Assembly (NCBI GenBank): GCA_030395855.1
Contig: GCA_030395855.1_4325.1
Source: a phage
DNA length: 44,883 nucleotides
Strand: one strand, 5' to 3'
Below, piece by piece: positions 1 through 9,098 of the stretch; position 1 is the stretch's first letter, and every line of letters starts with the position of its first letter. Below the pieces are notes generated by a model. That model saw nothing but the letters and a program-made list of their open reading frames with translations. It searched no databases and had not been told where the DNA came from. Made by a program: the position numbers and the translations under genes.

Positions 1-85
1 AGTCAGTAAGCGACCTTGTGGCTATGTGGGATAGTGACCCGTACACTTTTCTCAGCCAGTACCAACAAGAGCCTGTAGCGCTGGG
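1..85. repeat. 85-bp duplication: window positions 1..85 are identical to 44799..44883 (wrap-around of a circular/permuted genome)
   Basis: Direct comparison of first and last 85 nt; implies unit genome of 44798 bp. Confidence 0.9.
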
Positions 86-689
86 TGGTAACCTAATTAA
101 CGTAGATTGGTTCCAGCGCCTTAGTGATGCATTCAGGCCTCCAGCTAAGTATGATTACAGATTCATCACATGCGATACTGCGATGACCACAAAGAGTTAT
201 AGTGACTTCTCTGTACTTCAGTTGTGGGGATATAAAGATGCTAAGATTTACCTGATAGACCAGCGGCGTGGTAAATGGGAAGCGCCGGAGTTGGAAGCTG
301 AACTACTGGACTTCGAGAAGAAATCAAGGGCAACAAGTCAGACAGATGGCATCCTCCGAAAGATTATCATCGAGAAGAAAGCCTCTGGTATCGGCCTGAT
401 TCAATCGGCAGGTAGAGTTATGCGAACACCGATAGAGCCTTACGTGCCGGATAACGACAAGCTAACCAGGGTGATGAGCGCGTTGCCACAGATTAAGGCT
501 GGTAACGTCGTTCTTCCAGAGTCAGCGCCGTGGCTAAGCGGATTACTTACGGAGATTGCGGCTTTTACGGCAGACGACTCGCATAAGCATGATGACCAAA
601 TTGACTGCCTAACAATGGCGGTAAACCTTGTTCTAAATATCGCAGATGATCCTAAGGCCCGACTAATGCGCATAGCGGGAATTAAATAG
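1..689 (+). CDS. terminase large subunit, C-terminal part (continues the ORF starting at 43922 across the window junction)
   Basis: Reading frame is continuous from 43922..44798 into 3..689 (about 521 aa total); lies directly after the small terminase gene; stop TAG at 687-689. Confidence 0.8.
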   Translation, partial: SVSDLVAMWDSDPYTFLSQYQQEPVALGGNLINVDWFQRLSDAFRPPAKYDYRFITCDTAMTTKSYSDFSVLQLWGYKDAKIYLIDQRRGKWEAPELEAELLDFEKKSRATSQTDGILRKIIIEKKASGIGLIQSAGRVMRTPIEPYVPDNDKLTRVMSALPQIKAGNVVLPESAPWLSGLLTEIAAFTADDSHKHDDQIDCLTMAVNLVLNIADDPKARLMRIAGIK

Positions 690-729
690 CACGAATTGCC
701 AAACACTTAGGCCACGGATGGCGTATAGT
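687..729 (+). promoter_or_regulatory. conserved promoter/operator-like element copy (TAGCA-N5-TGCCA, 22-nt spacer, TATAGT)
   Basis: tagcacgaattgcca at 687-701, TATAGT at 724-729; upstream gene stop TAG lies inside the element. Confidence 0.6.
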
Positions 730-759
730 TACTTCACACAAACGAGAGGAGTTAAACAA

Positions 760-1143
760 ATGGCACGTACTTCAAAGGCTGTATATCTTGGTAACATTGG
801 TAATGAATACTGTGGATTCACAGTGGGTAAGGAATATGATGTCCACAATTATGAAACTAGATATAACTACATTGGTGTTTTTGGTGATGATGGTGGTTTT
901 CGTTACATCAGGAACGGAGCATTCCACGAGTTTGATATCCGCGAGGATGGCGAGGGTTTCGTAACTGAGACCGAGCACGAAGTCGTATCGTCTGGTGTTG
1001 ATAAAAATCCAGGACTCAGATATTACATAAACGGACATGAGGTTGACGAGATTGAGTTCGGAAGTGTGTACCGTACTGTATATGAGCTTGATCGGGATGG
1101 CATAAAGTGCGACACAATCAAGTTCGAAGTAAAATTCGAGTAA
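760..1143 (+). CDS. hypothetical protein (self-contained cassette between terminase and portal)
   Basis: ORF with RBS GAGAGGAG upstream of ATG 760; own promoter element upstream and intrinsic terminator downstream. Confidence 0.6.
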   Translation: MARTSKAVYLGNIGNEYCGFTVGKEYDVHNYETRYNYIGVFGDDGGFRYIRNGAFHEFDIREDGEGFVTETEHEVVSSGVDKNPGLRYYINGHEVDEIEFGSVYRTVYELDRDGIKCDTIKFEVKFE

Positions 1144-1164
1144 TTAAAAGCCGCGTGATAAACT

Positions 1165-1186
1165 AGCCCCTACATGGGGCTTTTTT
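1165..1186 (+). terminator. intrinsic terminator
   Basis: Hairpin agcccc-tacat-ggggc followed by TTTTTT. Confidence 0.7.
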
Positions 1187-1199
1187 ATTGGAGAAAAAC

Positions 1200-2468
1200 A
1201 TGGTCAAGACAGACAGCTACGCCAATATCTTTCTAGGCGGCAGTGATGGCAGTGAGATTTACGGGAGTTTACAGAATCAAGACCCTACAATTCTTGCTTC
1301 GATTTATGCGAATAATGCTCTGGTGCGTCGAATTATCGACACAATCCCTGAAACAGCATTGGCGGCAGGCTTCCACATTGATGGTATTGATGATGAGCCA
1401 GCATTCTGGTCGCGCTGGGATGATTTGGAGATGACGCAGAATATTAACGACGCGTGGTCATGGGCGCGATTATTTGGCGGCGCTGCAATTGTAGCTATCG
1501 TCAGGGACAATAGGGCGCTAACAAGTCCGGTCAGAGAAGGTGCCGAACTTGAAACCGTCCGTGTTTACGACCGTACGCAAGTAAAAGTACAAACTCGCGA
1601 GGAGAATCCCCGCAACGCACGTTTTGGTAAGCCACTAACCTATCGCATCACCACTAATGAGAGCGATATGTTCTATGATGTTCACTACAGCCGAATTCAC
1701 ATCATTGACGGAGAGCGAATCCCTAACGTAATGCGTCGGCAGAATGATGGTTGGGGCCGCAGCGTTCTTTCCAGTGACATTCTTGACTCAATCAAGGATT
1801 ACACCAACTGCGAACGACTGGCTACCCAACTACTGAGACGAAAGCAGCAAGCAGTGTGGAAAGCCAAAGGTCTGGCTGAGTTGTGTGATGATAGCGAGGG
1901 ATTTGGTGCCGCAAGGTTGCGCCTAGCACAGGTTGATAACAATAGCGGCGTTGGTCAGGCTATTGGCATTGACGCGGAATCTGAAGAATACAGCGTTCTA
2001 AACTCTGATATTGGCGGGATTGATGCGTTCCTGGATAAGAAGTTTGACAGAATCGTTGCACTGAGCGGAATTCATGAAATCATCCTGAAGAACAAGAACG
2101 TCGGAGGCGTATCGTCAAGCCAGAATACAGCGCTTGAGACATTCCATAAGCTGATTGACCGCAAGCGTAACTCTGAGCTGCTTCCTATTCTTGAGTTCTT
2201 AATCCCGTTTATCGTTAACGTTGACGAATGGTCAGTTGAGTTTAATCCGTTAGCTCAGGAGTCCAGCAAGGATAAGGCTGAGATTCTTGAGAAGAACGTA
2301 AGCAGCATCGCGACGCTAATTGCATCTGGCGCTATGGATATTGACGAGGCAAGAGATACATTGCGCACAATCGCTCCAGAGGTTAAGATTAGTGACGGTT
2401 CAGTAGAAACAGAGGTGACAATTAGTGAAACCAGTAATGACCCGCTGGAAGTACCCACAGACAATTGA
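1200..2468 (+). CDS. portal protein
   Basis: 423-aa ORF immediately after the large terminase region, RBS GGAG before ATG 1200; position and size typical of a portal. Confidence 0.7.
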   Translation: MVKTDSYANIFLGGSDGSEIYGSLQNQDPTILASIYANNALVRRIIDTIPETALAAGFHIDGIDDEPAFWSRWDDLEMTQNINDAWSWARLFGGAAIVAIVRDNRALTSPVREGAELETVRVYDRTQVKVQTREENPRNARFGKPLTYRITTNESDMFYDVHYSRIHIIDGERIPNVMRRQNDGWGRSVLSSDILDSIKDYTNCERLATQLLRRKQQAVWKAKGLAELCDDSEGFGAARLRLAQVDNNSGVGQAIGIDAESEEYSVLNSDIGGIDAFLDKKFDRIVALSGIHEIILKNKNVGGVSSSQNTALETFHKLIDRKRNSELLPILEFLIPFIVNVDEWSVEFNPLAQESSKDKAEILEKNVSSIATLIASGAMDIDEARDTLRTIAPEVKISDGSVETEVTISETSNDPLEVPTDN

Positions 2469-3156
2469 GAGTCAGGTAAACCGCAATCTTAGCATTGCGG
2501 TAACTGAGCTAATTTCAGCAATGAGGGAATCAGCAACAAGACTTAAAATTGATACTGCAGAGGAACTGGAGGAAGAGGATGGATATCTTGACGGGATAAT
2601 TGCGGCGCTGGTGGCTTCATTTATATCAACCATCCCAGCCATAGGTGCAGCTATATACAGATACAATAGCTCGCAATTTCTTGTGCTTGCAATAAAGACC
2701 GGAGGAAGGTCCAATCCTAGCGTTATGAACCTTGAGGTTAACGGCATCAATGGTGATGAGCCTTGGTATAATGATGACCTAAATCAGTGGATTTACACCA
2801 CTAATAAGTCAGCGATTAAATTACTGAATAACATTAAAGATGATTTCTTGCAGACGGCTGCAACAATACAGAATGGTGACTACGTTAACCTATCTGATAG
2901 GTACAAAATCTACAGGAAGCGAACGGCAAACATTGCGTCTGGGATTGTTTCAAGTCTGAATTCCACACTTATGAGACGCAGGCTTGAGGATGCTGGTGTT
3001 AGCCGTTACATCTGGCATGGCATGCTAGATGAAAGGGAACGGCTAACCCACATAAAAAAGGAGGGGGTTAGCTTTTCGCTTGATGGTGATGATTTTTTCC
3101 CTGGTCAAGAATACGGCTGTCGATGCTGGGCAGTTCCAGATTGGCAATCACAATAG
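2425..3156 (+). CDS. head morphogenesis protein (Mu F / SPP1 gp7-like)
   Basis: C-terminal PGQEYGCRC motif typical of Mu-F-like minor head proteins; overlaps portal stop; start GTG 2425 (RBS AGAGGTG) or ATG 2437. Confidence 0.65.
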   Translation: MKPVMTRWKYPQTIESQVNRNLSIAVTELISAMRESATRLKIDTAEELEEEDGYLDGIIAALVASFISTIPAIGAAIYRYNSSQFLVLAIKTGGRSNPSVMNLEVNGINGDEPWYNDDLNQWIYTTNKSAIKLLNNIKDDFLQTAATIQNGDYVNLSDRYKIYRKRTANIASGIVSSLNSTLMRRRLEDAGVSRYIWHGMLDERERLTHIKKEGVSFSLDGDDFFPGQEYGCRCWAVPDWQSQ

Positions 3157-3201
3157 GAGTGTGAATGATGAATTTGATGGCTTTTAGTGAGGAGAATTGG
3201 G

Positions 3202-4290
3202 ATGTGTAAAATCCGCTATGATAGTGTAAAGTTTAAAGCAACAATCGACGAGAATGGATTCTTGGTCGATACACCAGTAGTCGCACGTCTAGGTGTGCAA
3301 GTCTACTACATGGAGGACGGTCGCACGGTTCGAGAGTTTCGCCCAGCCGAGGAAGTCTTCAAGGATGAATCCCTCGCTAGTTACCAGGGTAAGCCAATGA
3401 CTCTTGATCATGTTTTCGTTAACTCAGAGAACGCTAAAGAGGTAGTGGTAGGTTCCGTTACTGGCAAAGCTGAGCCATTAGGTAGCTCAGTGGTTGCTCC
3501 GATTGTTGTTTACGATAACACAGCCATTCAGGAAGCTATGGCAGGTAACGCCAAGGAGTTATCCGTTGGCTACTCCGCAATTCTTGACGAAACTCCTGGC
3601 TGGGGCGACCCCATTACTGGCGAGTACGTCCTTAAATCTGATGGTGATCAATTCGATGCGCCAGAAGGATGGCAGGAGTTCGACGCAATTCAGCGTGACA
3701 TTAAAGTGAACCATCTCGCAATGGTATATCGCGGTCGCGCAGGTATTGCCAAATTGAATATGGACGGTGAGCAGGAAAACCCGTATACTACTGACGTTGA
3801 TATCAATAAAGAGGATAAACAGGAAATGACAGTTAAAATTAAACTGGACGGCGCGCAGGAATTTGAGGTCGCCCCGGAAATCGCTTCTCACATCGAAGCG
3901 CTGAACGCAAAGGCTGACACTGCAATCGCAGAGCGTGATGCACTGAAAGCCAAAGTAGATGCAATGCCTGCTGAAATCGAAGCTGCAGTTGCTAAAGCGA
4001 AAGCTGATGCTGATGCCTTGGCTGCTCTGGTCGCCGTTGCTGCTGAAGCTGGTGTTAAAGCTGATGGCCTGGATGCTAAAGGTATTAAAGTGGCCTACGT
4101 TAAAGAAGTCTCCGGCCTTGATGTTTCCGAGAAGTCTGACGCGTACATCGACGCAGCGTTCGACATTGCCAAAGAATCTGATAAAATGGCTGAAGTACGT
4201 AAAGCAACTACCGCTTCCGACAAATCTGACAGCGCCGATGAGCCTAAGAAATTAGACCCGCGTGCTCGTTTAGCTAAAATTAAGAAATAA
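3202..4290 (+). CDS. capsid scaffolding-like protein (Ala/Lys-rich coiled-coil C-terminus)
   Basis: RBS GAGGAG before ATG 3202; C-terminal low-complexity AEAKAD-type helical region; sits between head morphogenesis and capsid genes. Confidence 0.5.
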   Translation: MCKIRYDSVKFKATIDENGFLVDTPVVARLGVQVYYMEDGRTVREFRPAEEVFKDESLASYQGKPMTLDHVFVNSENAKEVVVGSVTGKAEPLGSSVVAPIVVYDNTAIQEAMAGNAKELSVGYSAILDETPGWGDPITGEYVLKSDGDQFDAPEGWQEFDAIQRDIKVNHLAMVYRGRAGIAKLNMDGEQENPYTTDVDINKEDKQEMTVKIKLDGAQEFEVAPEIASHIEALNAKADTAIAERDALKAKVDAMPAEIEAAVAKAKADADALAALVAVAAEAGVKADGLDAKGIKVAYVKEVSGLDVSEKSDAYIDAAFDIAKESDKMAEVRKATTASDKSDSADEPKKLDPRARLAKIKK

Positions 4291-4302
4291 GGAGTTATAA
4301 GC

Positions 4303-4797
4303 ATGGCAATTCGTTCCGTAGCACTGGCTGGTATGATTTCTGATACTTCGCTCTATAACATCGACGGCGCTTGCGTAGTTGGTGGTGCAGCACCGATTCC
4401 GGCTGGCACTGTTGTTAAGTTTTCAACCGCTCAGCCTGTAGATGGCCACAAGCTTGTGGAAGCGACTGGCCTCACTGCGGGTAATGCTCTCGGTGTGGTT
4501 GTTCGCTCTCATTATGGGACCCCGGATGGAACTGCTCGCGTAAATGAATCGGTTAACGTAATGACTCACGGTAGAATCTGGGTTCGCTCAAGCCTTACTT
4601 CTGCACCAACGTTTGGCCAACCAGTTAAAGTTTCTACCACTGGATTGGTTGAAGATTCAGGCACGATTGACACTGGATGGACTTTTGCGGGTGGTTACAT
4701 CAAAAACACGGGCACAGACCCGCAAGACCTAAGCGTTGATGGCGCACTAGTTGAAGTTCAGCTTATTCAATCCGCAGAATCAACTAATGCAGTTTAA
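4303..4797 (+). CDS. putative head decoration / minor capsid protein
   Basis: RBS AAGGAG before ATG; located between scaffold and major capsid genes; function inferred from position only. Confidence 0.35.
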   Translation: MAIRSVALAGMISDTSLYNIDGACVVGGAAPIPAGTVVKFSTAQPVDGHKLVEATGLTAGNALGVVVRSHYGTPDGTARVNESVNVMTHGRIWVRSSLTSAPTFGQPVKVSTTGLVEDSGTIDTGWTFAGGYIKNTGTDPQDLSVDGALVEVQLIQSAESTNAV

Positions 4798-4812
4798 TGG
4801 TTGGGACATATA

Positions 4813-4836
4813 AAGCCTCCTTCGGGAGGTTTTTTA
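4813..4836 (+). terminator. intrinsic terminator
   Basis: Hairpin cctcc-ttcg-ggagg followed by T-run. Confidence 0.7.
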
Positions 4837-4841
4837 TGTCA

Positions 4842-4869
4842 TTGCGTGGGCTAAAAACTCGTGTATAAT
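4842..4869 (+). promoter_or_regulatory. sigma70-like promoter upstream of major capsid gene
   Basis: TTGCGT (4842-4847), 16-nt spacer, TG + TATAAT (4864-4869). Confidence 0.5.
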
Positions 4870-4907
4870 GAATCCGTAGACACATAACTGAAAAGGAACA
4901 ATAAAGA

Positions 4908-5849
4908 ATGGCCATTAGATTTGATGCAGAACAAGCAAAAATCACCGCCCACCTCGAGCAGATGGGCGTAGATAAAGCAGATGCCGCTGGTATCTGGACT
5001 GTTAGCCAGCTTACCGCTGCTCTGAATCGCGCTTACGAAAAAGAATACGCAGAAAACTCAGTTGTTAATATCTTCCCTGTAACAAATGAAATTCCTGGTC
5101 ACGCGAAGTATTTCCAATACCCAGAATTTGATGGTGTTGGCATTGCTCAGATTATCGCTGATTACTCTGACGATCTGCCGCTGGTTGATGCCTTCATGAC
5201 TGAGAAACAGGGTAAAGTTTTCCGTTTCGGTAACGCATTCCTGATTTCTACCGATGAAATTAAAGCTGGCGCTGCAACTGGTCAGTCTCTGTCAACTCGC
5301 AAGCAGGAACTTGCTTTCGAAGCGCACGACAATCTGCTTGATAAGCTGGTTTGGTCTGGCTCTACTCCGCACGGTATCACTAGCGTATTCAACCATCCGA
5401 ACATCAACAACGTTGTTGCTGGTACGTGGAACTCCGCAGCTGCCGTCATGACTGATATCACCGCACTTATTGATGCAATCGAGACTTCGACCAATGGCAC
5501 TCACACCGCAACTGATATCTTGCTGCCCGCTTCCGCTCGCCGCCTGATGCAAGAGCTGGTTCCCAACACCTCTATCAGTTACGCGCAGCTGTTCGCTACC
5601 AACAACTCGGGCATCAATCTGCGTTATCTTCAGTTCCTGGATAACTACGATGGCGCAGGTGGCAAGGCTGCTCTGGCGTTTGAGAAGAATCCACTCAATA
5701 TGTCTATCGAGATTCCGGAAGCTACCAACGTTCTTCCAGGACAACCTAAGGACTTGCACTTTAAGTACCCTGTAACATCAAAAGCTACAGGTTTGATCGT
5801 TTATCGTCCACTGACGATGGCTGTAATGAAAGGCATCAAATTCTCGTGA
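4908..5849 (+). CDS. major capsid protein
   Basis: 313-aa ORF with its own promoter and flanking terminators, RBS AAGGAA; position after scaffold and decoration genes. Confidence 0.7.
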   Translation: MAIRFDAEQAKITAHLEQMGVDKADAAGIWTVSQLTAALNRAYEKEYAENSVVNIFPVTNEIPGHAKYFQYPEFDGVGIAQIIADYSDDLPLVDAFMTEKQGKVFRFGNAFLISTDEIKAGAATGQSLSTRKQELAFEAHDNLLDKLVWSGSTPHGITSVFNHPNINNVVAGTWNSAAAVMTDITALIDAIETSTNGTHTATDILLPASARRLMQELVPNTSISYAQLFATNNSGINLRYLQFLDNYDGAGGKAALAFEKNPLNMSIEIPEATNVLPGQPKDLHFKYPVTSKATGLIVYRPLTMAVMKGIKFS

Positions 5850-5855
5850 TAAATC

Positions 5856-5879
5856 GCCCTCTTCGGAGGGCTTTTTTTT
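5856..5879 (+). terminator. intrinsic terminator
   Basis: Hairpin gccctc-ttcg-gagggc followed by T8. Confidence 0.75.
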
Positions 5880-5943
5880 ACGTCTGTACCAAATGGAATT
5901 GTTGGGTTATAATCACTCAATCAGATAAACAAAGGAGACAAAA

Positions 5944-6189
5944 ATGATTCGTTTAGAGCATACTGGCGCTTGCCTTATCGTTTACAAGGGTGAGAAATAT
6001 TTACCTGGTGACACTCTCGAGGTTGATGTAATTTGCGACGGACTCAAGCGTTTAATCGCAGAGGGTAAACTCACTATTGAAGGTGACGCTAAAGCAACCA
6101 AGCAAATCGCGCAAGAAATTGCTAGCAAGAAAAAGCGCAAAGAACCGAAAACCATCTCCGAAGCTGAGACTGGCAACGAGTACAAATAA
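5944..6189 (+). CDS. hypothetical protein (promoter-gene-terminator cassette)
   Basis: 81-aa ORF, RBS AAAGGAGA, TATAAT at 5908-5913 upstream, terminator downstream. Confidence 0.55.
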   Translation: MIRLEHTGACLIVYKGEKYLPGDTLEVDVICDGLKRLIAEGKLTIEGDAKATKQIAQEIASKKKRKEPKTISEAETGNEYK

Positions 6190-6195
6190 CAAACA

Positions 6196-6217
6196 GGGCG
6201 CTTCGGCGCCCTTTATT
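6196..6217 (+). terminator. intrinsic terminator
   Basis: Hairpin gggcgc-ttcg-gcgccc followed by TTTATT. Confidence 0.6.
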
Positions 6218-6230
6218 GTATGGAGCTAAT

Positions 6231-6632
6231 ATGAATGATGCAATTTTGGCGTTTATGCGCTCGCTTGTTCCGGCACTCAAAGCGGTGGATGACGAATCAA
6301 TTAATGTATGGATTGATTTGGCACGTCTATACGTATGCGAAAGCAAATTTGGTGCAGACAAAGACAAGGCAGTAGGACTTTACGCGCTACACCTGATGAT
6401 TGCTGATGGCGCGTTTAAGGGTGAGAGTGAAGGGCTGGAAACATACAGCCGCAGGATGGCAAGTTATGCACTGAGCGGTGAATTCTCTGTCACCTATGAT
6501 AACCAATCAGCAGCATCTGGCGACTTATCATCTTCTCAATTCGGCCGTATGTACAAAGCACTGCTCCGCAAGAAAGGCGGCGGCTTCGGTTTAATTACTT
6601 CCGCTGGTGGCGGTGGGTGCGGTTGCCGATGA
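6231..6632 (+). CDS. putative head-tail connector / head completion protein
   Basis: ORF in head-tail joining block, RBS TGGAG; function inferred from position. Confidence 0.4.
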   Translation: MNDAILAFMRSLVPALKAVDDESINVWIDLARLYVCESKFGADKDKAVGLYALHLMIADGAFKGESEGLETYSRRMASYALSGEFSVTYDNQSAASGDLSSSQFGRMYKALLRKKGGGFGLITSAGGGGCGCR

Positions 6633-7000
6633 ACTACAACGAAATCGAATCAATCACTCGCGCTGGCATTAACTTCTTTAGTGATGCTAATGGCGTATAC
6701 GAGATGAGCACAGGTGATGGATATGTTGAAATTGTTAACGGCGTTGAAGTTGAAGTGCCAGCGCAAACATTCAAGCTAAAAGGTTTGGTGCGAGAAATCA
6801 AGACTCGCGATATTGATGGTGAGTTTATCCAGTTTGGCGATAAGCGTGGAATCTTTACGGCTCAGGTTGAAATCAAGCAGGGTTATCAGATTAAAGTTGA
6901 TGGTGAGATTTTTGTTGTTGTTGACCCGCGACCTGTAAAACCAACCGGGACAGTTGTTGGCTACAGGCCGATTCTTCGTAGGGTGGCTACTTATGGCTAG
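6629..7000 (+). CDS. putative head-tail joining protein
   Basis: ATGA start/stop overlap with upstream gene; position in head-tail block. Confidence 0.4.
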   Translation: MNYNEIESITRAGINFFSDANGVYEMSTGDGYVEIVNGVEVEVPAQTFKLKGLVREIKTRDIDGEFIQFGDKRGIFTAQVEIKQGYQIKVDGEIFVVVDPRPVKPTGTVVGYRPILRRVATYG

Positions 7001-7442
7001 TTTTATACCGAAGGCTAATGGCGGTGTTATTGAATTTAGCCGCTCCATTTCTGAATGGATAGATAAGGTTGAATCTGGAGTTGATGAGGTTGTTGCAGGA
7101 ACCATTATCAAGACAGCTAAGGGGCTGGTAGATCAGTCACCAGTTGACACTGGCAGGTTCAAAGCCAACTGGCAAATAACAGCTAACTCCCCGGCGCAAC
7201 AATCAGTAATTGATTATGATAAGGTCGGGACCGAGACAAAAAGAGCTCTTGCAAGACAGGCAAGGGCGGTAGCCAGAGCAAAGGGAACAAAGGTCATTTA
7301 CATAACAAACAGGCTTGATTACTCAATCCACCTTGAGTATGGCGGCTCAGGCCAAGCGCCAAACGGAATTATTAGGATTGTTCAGATGCGGCTTGGTAGA
7401 TACTTCCAGGAAGCGGTAGAGGAGGCTAAACGTGCACTATGA
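6993..7442 (+). CDS. HK97 gp10-like tail completion / head-tail connector protein
   Basis: Contains a DTGRFK motif resembling the HK97 gp10 family; position. Confidence 0.45.
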   Translation: MASFIPKANGGVIEFSRSISEWIDKVESGVDEVVAGTIIKTAKGLVDQSPVDTGRFKANWQITANSPAQQSVIDYDKVGTETKRALARQARAVARAKGTKVIYITNRLDYSIHLEYGGSGQAPNGIIRIVQMRLGRYFQEAVEEAKRAL

Positions 7443-7833
7443 ATTATCTATAGCTGCCAGAAAATATGTTAATGATTTGGTGGTGAACAACTTCCCTGTC
7501 AGATATCCAGTTGCGTGGGAGAATGCTTCATTCACTCCTCCAGCAGATGGCTCTATCTGGCTTAAGTACGACTACACAGAAGTTGATACTGTAACCTACG
7601 GATTAAGCAGGAAGTGCAAATACTATGTAGGAATGGTGCAGGTTTCTGTCTTCTTCAGTCCAGGTACTGGCATTGATAAGCCGAGACAAATCGCTAATCG
7701 ATTGGCAGAATCTATCGTTGATGGTACAATGCTTGACACCGGGACCATTTATGAGTCTGGAGTTGTTAACCCAGTTATCAAATCCAAGTCTGGGTGGTTT
7801 ATCCCGGTTCATTTTTATGTTCGTCTAGACTAA
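7432..7833 (+). CDS. putative tail terminator protein
   Basis: GTG start with RBS GAGGAGG, overlaps upstream stop; immediately precedes major tail protein gene. Confidence 0.4.
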   Translation: MHYELSIAARKYVNDLVVNNFPVRYPVAWENASFTPPADGSIWLKYDYTEVDTVTYGLSRKCKYYVGMVQVSVFFSPGTGIDKPRQIANRLAESIVDGTMLDTGTIYESGVVNPVIKSKSGWFIPVHFYVRLD

Positions 7834-7848
7834 CAAAAGGAAAAATAC

Positions 7849-8505
7849 ATGGCTCATTTATCAAATGGCACGCAGGTCTTCGTGGAAGGATCTCGCGGAA
7901 CTGCAATTGAAGTAACTGCAATCTCTAACGCAGCTACCCCTGTTTTAACTGTATCTGACGGATCCGGCCTGGCTAAGGGTGACTACCTTCTGTTTACCGC
8001 CTCCAGCTCAACCCTACTTAGCGACAAGCAGGTGAGAGTAACTGAAGTTTCTGGCACTTCGGTAACAGTTGAAGGTATTGATACCTCCAACACCACCAAG
8101 TTCCCGACCGGCTTAACTGGTGAAGTTGTTAAGATTGAATCATGGTTAGAAGTTCCGTGCGTTCAGGACGTTTCCACTGATGGCGGAGAACAGCAGTTCG
8201 TTAACTTCCAGTGTTTGTCCGATGACCGCGAGCAGCAGATTCCTACTTATAAATCTTCGGTAACTAACACCTTCACCTTTGCTCATGAGTACACCAACCC
8301 GGTTTATCCGGTTCTGCGTAAGTATGATGAGTCTGGTCAGGTTGTTGCTATTCGCCTGTTCGTACCTCGTGCCAAGGAAATGCGCTTGCAGTCCGGCACT
8401 ATCTCCTTCAACGACACCCCGACCATTGGTGTTAACGAAATCGAAACGGTATCCATCGCTGTATCCATTCGTGGCCGACTGTCCTCTGTGGCGGCTGAAG
8501 TTTAA
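7849..8505 (+). CDS. major tail (tube) protein
   Basis: 218-aa ORF directly upstream of chaperone and tape measure genes, strong terminator downstream. Confidence 0.6.
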   Translation: MAHLSNGTQVFVEGSRGTAIEVTAISNAATPVLTVSDGSGLAKGDYLLFTASSSTLLSDKQVRVTEVSGTSVTVEGIDTSNTTKFPTGLTGEVVKIESWLEVPCVQDVSTDGGEQQFVNFQCLSDDREQQIPTYKSSVTNTFTFAHEYTNPVYPVLRKYDESGQVVAIRLFVPRAKEMRLQSGTISFNDTPTIGVNEIETVSIAVSIRGRLSSVAAEV

Positions 8506-8513
8506 AACATAAA

Positions 8514-8534
8514 CCCTCTTCGGAGGGTTTTTTA
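8514..8534 (+). terminator. intrinsic terminator
   Basis: Hairpin ccctc-ttcg-gaggg followed by T7. Confidence 0.75.
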
Positions 8535-8539
8535 TTGCA

Positions 8540-8582
8540 TAGCACTTTTTGCTAAAGCACTTATACAATCTTACTGTATAGT
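8540..8582 (+). promoter_or_regulatory. conserved promoter/operator-like element copy
   Basis: tagcactttttgcta at 8540-8554, 22-nt spacer, TATAGT at 8577-8582, leader CATCGAAACGAA. Confidence 0.6.
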
Positions 8583-8615
8583 TCATTCATCGAAACGAAA
8601 TGAGGGAATTAAGAA

Positions 8616-8741
8616 ATGAAAGCAATCATCGCAATCTCAGCAGTAACCGCGGCAACAATCCTTTCAATTACTTATGTTAAGTTTTGCATGTCAGTGGCTG
8701 AGAGATACTCAATCTGGCAATTTGCAACTCATTGGCACTAA
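8616..8741 (+). CDS. small hydrophobic protein (41 aa, putative membrane protein)
   Basis: Not in ORF track (<60 aa); RBS GAGGGA before ATG 8616; predicted single hydrophobic helix; preceded by the conserved element. Confidence 0.35.
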   Translation: MKAIIAISAVTAATILSITYVKFCMSVAERYSIWQFATHWH

Positions 8742-8783
8742 GTGTTAGAATGCTTACTCACAAACAATAAGAGGATTAACAAA

Positions 8784-9098
8784 ATGGCAAAGTTCAAACT
8801 TTCACTGGCGGCACTCCCTGACTTTAAGCTGCCTGTAAAATTCAAGTTGGCTAATGACCAGGATGTAGAGGTTATCTTTACAGTCAAGCACAAGAAAACA
8901 TCTGAGTTGCAGGAATTGCTTAGCAAGGAGAATTTAAGCACCAAGGAACTCATTATGGCAATTGCTTCTGATTGGGATTTGGAAGAAGAATACAACGAGG
9001 ATAACGTTAATGAGTTCTCAGACCTGTTCCCAGCCTCAACAGTTGCACTGACCACCGCTTATATGCAAGCACTTGCTGGTCAGCGAGTAAAAAACTAA
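8784..9098 (+). CDS. tail assembly chaperone (lambda gpG-like)
   Basis: RBS AAGAGGA before ATG 8784; directly upstream of tape measure gene; ends just after a slippery heptamer. Confidence 0.65.
   Translation: MAKFKLSLAALPDFKLPVKFKLANDQDVEVIFTVKHKKTSELQELLSKENLSTKELIMAIASDWDLEEEYNEDNVNEFSDLFPASTVALTTAYMQALAGQRVKN
9089..9095 (+). other. programmed -1 ribosomal frameshift slippery site A_AAA_AAC
   Basis: Heptamer A AAA AAC in the G frame three codons before its stop; the -1 frame continues open to 9418. Confidence 0.65.

Noticed and set aside
5292-5759. 155-aa antisense ORF inside the major capsid gene (and similar antisense or alternate-frame ORFs, for example 3559..3891, 10798..11163, 9606..9905, 1243..1434)
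   Set aside because: Fully embedded in longer, well-supported genes on the other strand or frame, without RBS; typical shadow ORFs.
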